Assembly: GCA_934102355.1 (NCBI GenBank)
Contig: CAKOSO010000001.1
Span: 299,678 to 363,677, forward strand
Length of the DNA: 64,000 nucleotides
Direction: 5' to 3'
Origin: an uncultured Bacilli bacterium
GTDB lineage: Bacteria; Bacillota_I; Bacilli_A; RF39; UBA660
Part shown: positions 1 to 9,469 of the stretch, piece after piece
Position numbering within the stretch: the first letter of the stretch is position 1
Layout: each line of letters starts with the position of its first letter
The notes under the pieces: generated by a model
Databases searched by the model: none
What the model saw: the letters and a program-made list of their open reading frames with translations, nothing else
Told to the model about the DNA's origin: nothing
Made by a program: the position numbers and the translations under genes

Positions 1-723
<723 letters not shown>

Positions 724-796
724 TCAATTATATTATATAGTAAAATTAATTGTTTTTAAACTAAAAACATCTTATAATTATTAAAAGGAGACACAT

Positions 797-1363
797 ATGA
801 AAAAAGCTAAATTAATTGTTATATCAGGTCCAAGTGGTGTTGGAAAAGGTACAATCATAAAAAATTTATTAAAAAGTGAAAAACATAAACTTGCTATATC
901 AATGACAACAAGACCGATTCGTGATGGAGAAAAAAATGGTATAGATTATTACTTTGTTTCAAAAAACGAATTCAAAAAGAATATAAAAAATAACAGTTTT
1001 GTAGAGTATGCCGAAGTATATAAAGACGTTTATTATGGAACATTAAAAAGTGAAGTAGAAAAAATACTTAAAAATAATACAAATGTAATTCTAGAAATAG
1101 ATATTGAAGGAGCACTAAATATTAAAAAAATATATAAAGACGCGGTGCTAATATTCATAGAACCACCAAGTATAGAAGAACTTGAAAAAAGACTACGAGA
1201 AAGAAAAACTGAACAAGAGGAAAAAATAATAGAAAGAATTAACAAAGCACATGATGAATTAAAAATGAAAGATAAATATGATTACATAGTAATAAATGAT
1301 AACATTAAAAATACAACAAAAAAAATAAAAAAAATCATAAAAAATGAAACAAAAAGAGGATAA
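797..1363 (+). CDS. gmk: guanylate kinase
   Basis: P-loop GPSGVGKGT and TTRPIRDGE motif. AAGGAG RBS lies 6 nt upstream. Confidence 0.95.
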   Translation: MKKAKLIVISGPSGVGKGTIIKNLLKSEKHKLAISMTTRPIRDGEKNGIDYYFVSKNEFKKNIKNNSFVEYAEVYKDVYYGTLKSEVEKILKNNTNVILEIDIEGALNIKKIYKDAVLIFIEPPSIEELEKRLRERKTEQEEKIIERINKAHDELKMKDKYDYIVINDNIKNTTKKIKKIIKNETKRG

Positions 1364-1370
1364 AATATCT

Positions 1371-2459
1371 ATGAAGTCAAACAGCAATCTTTCATTTGAA
1401 GAAGTAAAAGAATTAATAAAAACAGTAGTAGAAGAAGAAAGCAAAAGATATGGTTTTAATATCAACTGCAAAGCAATAACCCCTATTTATATTTATAAAG
1501 AAAACTTAAGTCAAAAAACAAAATTAATAACTTATTATAAAGCTGCTATATCAGTCCTTCCATATTATGGAATACAAACCAAAAACAAATCTAATATTTC
1601 AATTGCACTAGTGTTCTTAAATAGATATAAAAGTCATATATTCAATACCAACAATATATTTGAATACCTATATACTGCTTATCATGAAATAAGGCATATT
1701 CTACAAGAAGAAACAAAAATAAAACCTGATATTAATAGATTATCAATAATTATGCAAGAGTTAACAGATTACACAACTGTTGATTATTATATAAATCACG
1801 ATTCATTCTCTTTTGAAATAGATGCTATAGAATATGGAATAATTATGGCAGAAAAATTATTAAAAAACAATGGTTTATATGAAGAAAATATAGGAGTCAT
1901 AGAAAAGAAAAAAACAACACTTGAAATAGAAAAAATAAAATTTGACTTTGACAACATATTTGAAAAACTCGATAAGAATATCAAACAATATAAAGCAAAA
2001 AATGAAATTTATACAAATGCTGAAGGAATGAATTTAATAGATGCACTATATAATGATGATTTTTCATTAAGAACGATTGATGAAATAATTAACAACACAT
2101 ACTTCAACTTTTTAGATGAACAAACAAGATATAAAATTCTTTCATCAAATGTAATACTTAATTCATTAAATGGGCAATTAATAAGTGATGCAGCAAAAAT
2201 AGAACTAGAAAATGCATATTTATATTACATTAAAGAACAAAATCAAAAATTAGCAAAAATTAATAATTTAAAGCAAAACATTAATTCAAAAAAATTAAAT
2301 GAAAAAACGCAAGAAAAAATAGCAAGAAATATTTACAAAAAAACAACAAATGTATTATCTCTAATTGATTTAAATGATGAAAAAGACTATATCACTAAAT
2401 GTTTAGAAGCAAAAAAAGAATTATTTTATGAAAGTGTAAAAAGCAATAAAACAAGATAA
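1371..2459 (+). CDS. hypothetical cytoplasmic protein with single HExxH motif
   Basis: Track ORF is 1344..2459. I prefer ATG 1371, which lies after the gmk stop with an AGAGGA RBS in the gmk 3' end. It has an HEIRH motif and a Lys/Asn-rich C-terminal half. No family recognised. Confidence 0.55.
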   Translation: MKSNSNLSFEEVKELIKTVVEEESKRYGFNINCKAITPIYIYKENLSQKTKLITYYKAAISVLPYYGIQTKNKSNISIALVFLNRYKSHIFNTNNIFEYLYTAYHEIRHILQEETKIKPDINRLSIIMQELTDYTTVDYYINHDSFSFEIDAIEYGIIMAEKLLKNNGLYEENIGVIEKKKTTLEIEKIKFDFDNIFEKLDKNIKQYKAKNEIYTNAEGMNLIDALYNDDFSLRTIDEIINNTYFNFLDEQTRYKILSSNVILNSLNGQLISDAAKIELENAYLYYIKEQNQKLAKINNLKQNINSKKLNEKTQEKIARNIYKKTTNVLSLIDLNDEKDYITKCLEAKKELFYESVKSNKTR

Positions 2460-2460
2460 A

Positions 2461-2488
2461 AAAGCAAACACGATTTGTGTTTGCTTTT
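2461..2488. terminator. bidirectional intrinsic terminator between convergent genes
   Basis: An 11-bp stem, AAAGCAAACAC / GTGTTTGCTTT, with a 5-nt loop. It is flanked by an A-run on the left and a T-run on the right. Confidence 0.75.
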
Positions 2489-2499
2489 AACTTTCTATA

Positions 2500-3141
2500 T
2501 TATGCTTGTGTATAAACAATTGAGAATCCAAGATTTGAGATTGTTACTTCACCTTTTGGAAGTTCTGCATCTGTTACATCATCTTTATAAGTTAATTTAA
2601 GAATTGAAGCTGCATGACCACCTTTTGGAAGTGAATCGCCCACTGCAAATGGCCTATTAACACCACCATTTTCACGTACAAGAGTATACTCTAAATGATC
2701 GCATACATTCTTAGCGTCAGCTTCAGCATTATCACCAGTTCCTGTACATATTGGAGTTGGAAGTTCAAATGTTGAAATCTTAGCATCGAATGAACCTCTA
2801 TTTAGAACAAAAAAATACATTTCTGCATAATCACCAGGAGTCTTAAATGTTACTTCCCAATCACTTACTGTTGTATCAGTTAATGTTGCTTTTTTTACAA
2901 CTGTTGTAGTTGAAGCAATTCCACTTTGTCTTCGTTGTGTATTACCTATAGAAACATCAACTTCACCTGGAGTAATAGCTGTAATATCTGTACTAAATCC
3001 AATATTCCAAGATGAAGCTTCAACCTTTGCAGTACCATTGATATTTAATGTTGTTGTAAATGCTGCAAATCCTACTCCTACAACTACTATCATTGCTATT
3101 AATGCAACTAGTACTCCTATTTTAAATCCTTTGTCGTTCAT
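2500..3141 (-). CDS. secreted or anchored beta-rich protein with TasA/camelysin-like (SipW-type) N-terminal signal
   Basis: N-terminus is MNDKGFK, then a hydrophobic helix, then GFAAFTTTLNINGT, resembling the A-(A/Y)-F-(S/T/N)-D class of signal. The C-terminus FSIVYTQA resembles camelysin ends. GC is visibly higher than in the neighbours. Confidence 0.6.
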   Translation of the reverse strand: MNDKGFKIGVLVALIAMIVVVGVGFAAFTTTLNINGTAKVEASSWNIGFSTDITAITPGEVDVSIGNTQRRQSGIASTTTVVKKATLTDTTVSDWEVTFKTPGDYAEMYFFVLNRGSFDAKISTFELPTPICTGTGDNAEADAKNVCDHLEYTLVRENGGVNRPFAVGDSLPKGGHAASILKLTYKDDVTDAELPKGEVTISNLGFSIVYTQA

Positions 3142-3273
3142 TTTTTATTTCTTTCCTTTCTATATATTTGTATCGGCACTTATTTTACTACCGTACTATA
3201 TTAAGTATATCACACTTTATATTTTTGCAAATAGATTTTCAAAAAAAAATAAAAAAATATTAGAAGTATAAAA

Positions 3274-3744
3274 TTACTTTCTAATATTTTTCTTATAGTA
3301 AGGATTTTCTAACTTATAAATTTCTTTACCAATCTTTTCATATCCACAAGAAAAAGCAACCTTCATGCTTGGAATATTATCATCTGCTATCTTAAGTTTT
3401 ATAGATCTTATGTCAGTATTATCAAATAAATATTCACTAGTTTCACTTAATATTTTTTTTCCGTAATCATGTCCTCTTCTGCTTTCATCAACTGCAGCTC
3501 TTAAATAAACTGAATAATCTTCCAAATTAACCTCGCCTATTTCTATATATCCAACCAAGCCATTATTATCACTAACGAGAAAAGCCCTGCCAAATTTTTC
3601 TTTTGAAACTAAAGGAGAAAGCAATCCTTGAAATCTTTTTTTTATTGAAGGATCACCATTTAACTTTTTAAAAAAGGAAATATGGAAACTATTTTTCTTA
3701 TCAAACTTAACTAACTTTAATGTTTGTAATTCTATATCTTCCAT
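3274..3744 (-). CDS. GNAT family N-acetyltransferase
   Basis: Acetyl-CoA pocket-like RRGHDYGKKIL. Size and layout are typical of RimJ/RimL-like GNATs. It starts 2 nt after the upstream gene's stop. Confidence 0.8.
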   Translation of the reverse strand: MEDIELQTLKLVKFDKKNSFHISFFKKLNGDPSIKKRFQGLLSPLVSKEKFGRAFLVSDNNGLVGYIEIGEVNLEDYSVYLRAAVDESRRGHDYGKKILSETSEYLFDNTDIRSIKLKIADDNIPSMKVAFSCGYEKIGKEIYKLENPYYKKNIRK

Positions 3745-3746
3745 AA

Positions 3747-4610
3747 CTAATAAGTTTCCTTAGAAATAAGTGAAATATTTTCATGCATCAATGATAAGAA
3801 ATCTTCATTTTTATTCAAATCATCTTCTTTAATAGTTTCTAAACTTCTAAATGTTATAACTTCAGCTTTTGCATCTTTAATTCTATCAAGTAAATCACTA
3901 CCACTATAATATTCAGGAACAAATACATAACTTAGGCTTCCATTATTATACAAATCAAGAGCTTTATCAACATTTTCAACATCTTCTTTGCCATCTTTAG
4001 TTAAATTTATAACTTCAAATCCATATTTACTCAAAAAATTCATAGTTTCATCAATACAAACAATTCTTTTATCAACAGAATTATCTGCAACAACCTTTAA
4101 TGAAGATTCAAGCGCTGCAACATCAACCTTTAAAGCTTCATATCTTTCATCAATATCTTCTTTTACAAACTTATTGCTAATATATGATTTCAATTCATTT
4201 TTTACATTTTGAGCTAACATCAAAAAGTTAGATGGATTTAACCAAACATCAGAGTATGTATTATAAGAATCAATTCCATAAGATGCATCTATAATTTTAA
4301 GATTCTTATTTAAATTAAGCATTGTTTTTGCATAATCCCTCGTTGTAGATTTAGCACCATTATAAATAAGTAAATCATTTTTACTATAATCCTTTAATTG
4401 CTTATCAGTTAATTTATAATCATCTTGATTAACCCCAGCTGGATACATATTAAACACCTTAGAATTATCTCCATAAAGTTTATTAGTAATATACTCAATT
4501 GGATAATTAGTAGTAACTATGTTAATATTTTCCATATCATACCTTTTAAAACAGCCAGTTAAAATAAATAAAGATAAAAAACATATAGCAATAAATAAAT
4601 ACTTTTTCAT
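3747..4610 (-). CDS. TroA/ZnuA-fold (cluster A-I) lipoprotein, degenerate metal site, no ABC partners nearby
   Basis: Lipobox LTGC. It aligns by eye with PsaA-type proteins (NIVTTNYPI.., DVWLNP.., IVCIDET..). The two conserved His positions read QDDY and SDVW. Confidence 0.75.
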   Translation of the reverse strand: MKKYLFIAICFLSLFILTGCFKRYDMENINIVTTNYPIEYITNKLYGDNSKVFNMYPAGVNQDDYKLTDKQLKDYSKNDLLIYNGAKSTTRDYAKTMLNLNKNLKIIDASYGIDSYNTYSDVWLNPSNFLMLAQNVKNELKSYISNKFVKEDIDERYEALKVDVAALESSLKVVADNSVDKRIVCIDETMNFLSKYGFEVINLTKDGKEDVENVDKALDLYNNGSLSYVFVPEYYSGSDLLDRIKDAKAEVITFRSLETIKEDDLNKNEDFLSLMHENISLISKETY

Positions 4611-4831
4611 TTTTTTACATTCCTTTCAGGTACCGGATCATACCCCATCGTTCCCCAAGGAGAACATCTAAATATTCTTTTTACTGATAAATAAAATCCT
4701 TTGAAAAATCCATGAGTTTCTAATGCTTCAATTGCATAATTTGAACAAGTTGGATAATGCCTACACATACTATGCCATGGACCAGGAATTTTTTGATAAA
4801 TCTTTATCAAGAAAATCAGGATATATTTCAT
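4607..4831 (-). CDS. yidD: membrane protein insertion efficiency factor YidD
   Basis: CRHYPTCSNYAIEAL....RCSPW..GYDPVP, the hallmark of the YidD family. Overlaps the downstream lipoprotein gene by 4 nt. Confidence 0.9.
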   Translation of the reverse strand: MKYILIFLIKIYQKIPGPWHSMCRHYPTCSNYAIEALETHGFFKGFYLSVKRIFRCSPWGTMGYDPVPERNVKK

Positions 4832-4928
4832 TATATCACCACTATCATTTTACTATTAAAAAGCCAATTTATCAACGAAATAGTATTATTTTTTAAAAAA
4901 CTATGTTATATTAAAGATGGTGATAACT

Positions 4929-5597
4929 ATGAAAAAACTTTTAGAAACTCTAAATATCAAACCCAAAAACATAAGTTTATATGAGCAAGCATTTACTCAT
5001 AACTCTTATATGCACGAACATAATTTAAACAAGTCATATGAAACATTAGAGTTTCTAGGAGATGCCATTGTTGATTTAGTTGTTTCAGACTATTTATACA
5101 AAACAGATAAATATCATGAAGGTGAAATGACAAAGTTAAGAGCAAGCTATGTATGTGAAAATGCCTTATACGAATACGCAAATAACTTAAATTTTGGAGA
5201 ATATATAAAACTAGGTATAGGTGAAAAGAAAAATGGCGGAAACAAAAAGAAAGCAATTCTAGCCGATGTATTTGAATCATTCATCGCTGCAATATATCTT
5301 GACTTAGGATTTGAAAAAGCAAAAGAAGTAAGCTCAAAAATAATTGTTCCATACATTGAAGATAAGCACATTCTATTATTCAACGACTACAAATCAGCTC
5401 TTCAAGAAGCAGTACAAACAGATAAACAATCATTAATTTATGAACTAATAAATGAAGAAGGTCCATCTCATAAAAAGAAATTTAAAATAGCAGTAAAAGT
5501 TGATGACATAGTATACGGAATTGGAAATGGAACATCAAAAAAAGAAGCAGAACAAAATGCAGCAAAAAAAGCTCTAGAAATGTTAGCAAAAAAATAA
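4929..5597 (+). CDS. rnc: ribonuclease III
   Basis: ETLEFLGDA signature and a C-terminal dsRBD (GPSHKKKFKIAV..GTSKKEAEQNAAKKAL). ATG 4929 has a GGTGA RBS. The track ORF starts at 4917. Confidence 0.95.
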   Translation: MKKLLETLNIKPKNISLYEQAFTHNSYMHEHNLNKSYETLEFLGDAIVDLVVSDYLYKTDKYHEGEMTKLRASYVCENALYEYANNLNFGEYIKLGIGEKKNGGNKKKAILADVFESFIAAIYLDLGFEKAKEVSSKIIVPYIEDKHILLFNDYKSALQEAVQTDKQSLIYELINEEGPSHKKKFKIAVKVDDIVYGIGNGTSKKEAEQNAAKKALEMLAKK

Positions 5598-5618
5598 TAG
5601 CCCTGAGGCTATTTTTTA
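5597..5618 (+). terminator. intrinsic terminator of rnc
   Basis: ATAGCC-CTGA-GGCTAT followed by TTTTT. Confidence 0.7.
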
Positions 5619-5631
5619 ATTAATAAAAAAA

Positions 5632-5814
5632 CTATTTTTGTTTTTCTTCGATTACTTTATTTCCTTTATAAGACCCACATGCTTTACAAACACGATGTGG
5701 CTTAACAACAGCACCACAGCTTGGACATTTAGTAGTTTGTTTTGCTGTCAATGCCATATGTGCTCTACGAGTTCTTTGACTAGTCTTAGAAACTTTTCTT
5801 GCTGGAACTGCCAT
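5632..5814 (-). CDS. rpmF: 50S ribosomal protein L32
   Basis: MAVPARKVSKT..RRAH and a CPSCG...CKACG zinc ribbon. Confidence 0.95.
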   Translation of the reverse strand: MAVPARKVSKTSQRTRRAHMALTAKQTTKCPSCGAVVKPHRVCKACGSYKGNKVIEEKQK

Positions 5815-5907
5815 ATTATCACTCCTTCACCTGATATTTAGCTAATACGCCATTGCTTTTTAAATTATATAATAAAATTTAATAAAAAACAATCTTTTTT
5901 TTAAACT

Positions 5908-6636
5908 TCAGCCAATTTGTTTCAAAAAATCTTTAGATTTCATATAAAGCCCAGTATATCTGTCATAATATTTTTCTAAAAACATATTAATTTCTTTCTT
6001 ATTTTTATCAAGTATATTTAATTCTTTAATCTTATTTATATCAACATAATAAAACATTCTAAGTAATTTTATTGTTTTAGGATCAACAATATACTCATTA
6101 GTATAACAAGATGAACATACATATCCGCCATGATCACCAGATATAGTAACTATACTTTCACTACTACCACATATACTACAACAATCAAGTCTTGGCATAA
6201 CCCCTAAATAATAAAGATACTTTAACTCAACTATATTAGTAATAATTGCTTCATCAAAACCATTTTCTATTTTTAATAAAGTTGCCTCTAAAATATCGAA
6301 TATATCATCACTAGAAGCTTCCTTCAAAACTTGATTAGTTAAATCCAATAAATAAGATGCATATCCTATTTTATTTAAATCACTTTTAATTTCTTTAAAC
6401 CAATCTATAACATCAACACTAATCAAAGTAGATAAACCATCTTCCTTATAATAAATATTAAAATACCCATAAGTAAATTTCATACTTACACTTCTAAGCT
6501 TACTCTTTAAATTTCTACACCCTTTAGAAATTACTCCTATTTTACCATGTTCTTTTGTTAAAACATTTAAAACCTTACTAGATTCACTATAATTAGTTTC
6601 ACTTAAAATTATACCTTTAACCTTCTCTATCACCAT
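5908..6636 (-). CDS. recO: DNA repair protein RecO
   Basis: RecO-length protein with a Cys4 motif CCSICGS...CSSC. Its position after era and yqzL matches B. subtilis. Confidence 0.85.
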   Translation of the reverse strand: MVIEKVKGIILSETNYSESSKVLNVLTKEHGKIGVISKGCRNLKSKLRSVSMKFTYGYFNIYYKEDGLSTLISVDVIDWFKEIKSDLNKIGYASYLLDLTNQVLKEASSDDIFDILEATLLKIENGFDEAIITNIVELKYLYYLGVMPRLDCCSICGSSESIVTISGDHGGYVCSSCYTNEYIVDPKTIKLLRMFYYVDINKIKELNILDKNKKEINMFLEKYYDRYTGLYMKSKDFLKQIG

Positions 6637-6718
6637 TAGGTTTTTCTATTCCTTTCAATAAAATATAATATCTTAAATCACCAGTCATCTTAAATAATTC
6701 CCATAAATGTTTGTCCAT
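6617..6718 (-). CDS. YqzL-like small protein (33 aa), absent from ORF track
   Basis: Own translation gives MDKHLWELFKMTGDLRYYILLKGIEKPNGDREG. GGTGA RBS lies 4 nt upstream. The W.LF..TG....YLL.K core resembles B. subtilis YqzL, which occupies the same era-recO gap. Overlaps the recO start by 20 nt. Confidence 0.55.
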   Translation of the reverse strand: MDKHLWELFKMTGDLRYYILLKGIEKPNGDREG

Positions 6719-6747
6719 ACTATCACCATTAATATAATGGTCATTTA

Positions 6748-7632
6748 TTAATTATCTAATTCATCAAGTCCTAATTCTTTTAATTTCTCTAAACTATTTC
6801 TCCAATTATCAACAGTTTTAACATATAATTCTAAGTAAACTTTAACACCAAGCATTTCTTCAATATCAACTCTTGCTAATGAACCAATCTTTTTAAGCAT
6901 TGCTCCGTTTTTTCCAATAATTATTTTTTTTAAATTATCTCTATCAACAATAATTAAAGCATTTATGCAACACTTTTTCTTCTTAAATTCCATATTTTCG
7001 ACCATACAAGTAACTGCATGAGGAACTTCTTCTTTTGTCAAAGCAAGAACTTTCTCACGAATAAGTTCTGCTACCATAAATTTTTCAGAAACATTTGTTA
7101 ATTCACCATCATCAAAATATTTAACATCATCTTTAAGGTGAGTTTTAATAACGTTTAGTAATTCTTTAGTATTTATACTCTTTAATGAAGAAATGGGAAC
7201 TATATCTAAAAAATTATACAAATCTTTTAACTTTTCTATCTCTTTAATAAGTATTTCCTTATTTATTCTATCAACCTTATTTAAAACTAAAATTACATCT
7301 TTTTTCTCATCCTTTAGTTTTTCTAAAATCTTTTGATCATTAGCTCCAAAACCAGAAGCAATATCAACCACAAATAAAACTAAATCATTTTCAAAAGAAC
7401 TATAAGCCTTTTTATTTAAAATATTTAAAAGCTCACTAGAAGCCTTACTAATTCCTGGAGTATCCACAAAAACAATCTGAACATCATCTTCATTATATAT
7501 CCCATAAATAATATTTCTTGTAGTACCAACCTTATCACTTGTAATAGCAACCTTCCTATTAATTAAATTATTAATAAGTGTACTCTTACCTACATTTGGT
7601 CTTCCTACTATACTTACAAATCCACTTCTCAT
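6748..7632 (-). CDS. era: GTPase Era
   Basis: G1 GRPNVGKST, G3 DTPG, G4 NKVD and a C-terminal KH domain. Confidence 0.95.
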   Translation of the reverse strand: MRSGFVSIVGRPNVGKSTLINNLINRKVAITSDKVGTTRNIIYGIYNEDDVQIVFVDTPGISKASSELLNILNKKAYSSFENDLVLFVVDIASGFGANDQKILEKLKDEKKDVILVLNKVDRINKEILIKEIEKLKDLYNFLDIVPISSLKSINTKELLNVIKTHLKDDVKYFDDGELTNVSEKFMVAELIREKVLALTKEEVPHAVTCMVENMEFKKKKCCINALIIVDRDNLKKIIIGKNGAMLKKIGSLARVDIEEMLGVKVYLELYVKTVDNWRNSLEKLKELGLDELDN

Positions 7633-7633
7633 T

Positions 7634-8020
7634 TTATTTTAAATCCTCCTCAGTAAAAGGATAAGGACATAAATCACTAACTAAAAACCTTTTTTCTTCG
7701 CCATTAGTATTCATACATAAAACTTCACAATCATTATCAAAAAATTCCATAATAACTTGCCTGCAAAGAAAACACGGAGTACCTACACTATCACCATTAA
7801 CCATTATATTTATACTCTTAAAATCTCCCTTTTTATATCCATGTGAAATAGCAGATAATATTGCAGATCTTTCAGCACACATAGAAGCACCGTATGATGC
7901 ATTTTCAACATTAACCCCAAAAAAACTAGAACCATCTTTCATAACAACTATACAAGATACCTTATAATTAGAATAAGGAGCATAAGAATTTTTTTGTAAA
8001 TCTAATAACTTTTCATACAT
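7634..8020 (-). CDS. cdd: cytidine deaminase
   Basis: CAERSA and PCFLCRQ zinc-ligand motifs. ATG 8020 has an AGGTGA RBS. The track starts at GTG 8029. Confidence 0.9.
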   Translation of the reverse strand: MYEKLLDLQKNSYAPYSNYKVSCIVVMKDGSSFFGVNVENASYGASMCAERSAILSAISHGYKKGDFKSINIMVNGDSVGTPCFLCRQVIMEFFDNDCEVLCMNTNGEEKRFLVSDLCPYPFTEEDLK

Positions 8021-8025
8021 AAATA

Positions 8026-8424
8026 TCACCTAAACAATAATATAATTTTTGGAATAAAAATAATCAATACAATAATTAAATGAAAAATAGAAAAAACAGC
8101 AACCGCGCCACTTGCAGCATCTTTAGCATGCTTTGCATCTTCCTTTTTTTCTTTAGTAATTAAATTAACTGAGGCTTCAATTGCAGTATTTAAAAGCTCA
8201 ATACACAAAGTTGCACCAATTAAAACAACTATAATAAGTCTTTCAGTATAACTAACATTAAGAACTATTCCAAGTAACAATTCTAAAATACCAAAAATTA
8301 TTAATAAAAACAAATTTTTTTCATGATAAAAAGCATATCTCAATCCATCAAATGAATACTTAAAAGACAACAAATATCTTTTAAAACTTTTTTCTTTAAA
8401 TTTATCTTTCGATTTTTTTTGCAT
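8026..8424 (-). CDS. dgkA: diacylglycerol/undecaprenol kinase DgkA family
   Basis: Three TM helices, an ELLNTAIE motif and the syntenic position. Confidence 0.85.
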   Translation of the reverse strand: MQKKSKDKFKEKSFKRYLLSFKYSFDGLRYAFYHEKNLFLLIIFGILELLLGIVLNVSYTERLIIVVLIGATLCIELLNTAIEASVNLITKEKKEDAKHAKDAASGAVAVFSIFHLIIVLIIFIPKIILLFR

Positions 8425-8866
8425 TTAATATTTCCTCCTGTTTAGCAAACATAATTTTTTCATCTTCTTTTTTCATATGATCATAGCCTAACAAATGTAA
8501 AATACCATGGACTGATAAAAATGATAACTCTCTTCTTAAAGAATGTCCATATTCTAAAGCTTGTTCACGAGCTTTATCAATAGAAATGTAAATATCACCA
8601 AGCATTCTAACATTAGATAGTTCCTCTTCCTTATTATCTTCAAGAGCAAAACTAATTACATCAGTAGTCCTATCAACATTTCTATATTCCTTATTTAGTT
8701 TATGTATATAATCATTATCTACAAAAATAACATTAAAATTTGCATTCTTAACTTTTTCAACTTTTAAAGCATACTTTAAAACACGTTTAATATCCTTTAA
8801 ATAAGAAGAAATATCAAAATCTGTTAAATTACAAATTTCAAATTTATTTAAACCACCAAAAACCAT
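8402..8866 (-). CDS. ybeY: rRNA maturation endoribonuclease YbeY
   Basis: HGILHLLGYDH metal-binding motif. Confidence 0.9.
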   Translation of the reverse strand: MVFGGLNKFEICNLTDFDISSYLKDIKRVLKYALKVEKVKNANFNVIFVDNDYIHKLNKEYRNVDRTTDVISFALEDNKEEELSNVRMLGDIYISIDKAREQALEYGHSLRRELSFLSVHGILHLLGYDHMKKEDEKIMFAKQEEILNAKKIER

Positions 8867-9453
8867 ACTAATCCTCCAAGCAACATAATTGATAAAATAT
8901 CAAGAATTATTTCCCTTGTTAACAAATTAGGAATCTTATCCTGAATTTTGTAAAATATTCTATATAAACCAAATCCTAATAAAGCACCGAATACATTTAA
9001 TATAACATCATCTATATCAAAAACTCTTCCTATCAATAACTGAATACACTCTATTGATATAGAAGCTATAAAAGCTAAAATAAAAGCTGTATACCACTTA
9101 TCAGTTTTAACATAATATGAAATAAAAATACCATATGGTAAAAATAATATCATATTACCAAATACATTTTTATAAAATAAACTACTACCAATACTATATC
9201 TTAAAATCTCTTTAAAAGGTATAAAATTATTGCCTGTAAGATTTACATCTCTATATGTAACCACCTGAAAAAGACAAAGAATATAAACTAAAAAGAACAG
9301 TTTAAATAATTCTTCATATATAACAAATTTTTGTTTATTAATTATCAGATAAGCAATTCTAACACTAATAGCTACAATAATAGATATCACTACCATCGGC
9401 CATGAAAAACTAAGAACACCTATAGCATAATCTCTCATTTTTTCTATAAACAT
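8848..9453 (-). CDS. VanZ-like membrane protein
   Basis: Multi-TM protein with FIPF....NMILFLPYG and ECIQLLIGRVFDIDDVILN motifs typical of VanZ. Start is uncertain (9453 or 9462). The track start 9516 would overlap yqfD. Confidence 0.7.
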   Translation of the reverse strand: MFIEKMRDYAIGVLSFSWPMVVISIIVAISVRIAYLIINKQKFVIYEELFKLFFLVYILCLFQVVTYRDVNLTGNNFIPFKEILRYSIGSSLFYKNVFGNMILFLPYGIFISYYVKTDKWYTAFILAFIASISIECIQLLIGRVFDIDDVILNVFGALLGFGLYRIFYKIQDKIPNLLTREIILDILSIMLLGGLVWFLVV

Positions 9454-9469
9454 TTCTACCATTCCTCTA

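Noticed and set aside
3038-3271. Track ORFs 3038-3271 (+), 4757-4984 (+), 4993-5383 (-) and 5638-5841 (+), which overlap gene ends or lie antisense to rnc and rpmF.
   Set aside because: They overlap confidently assigned genes or promoter regions, lack an RBS, and have junk-like composition.
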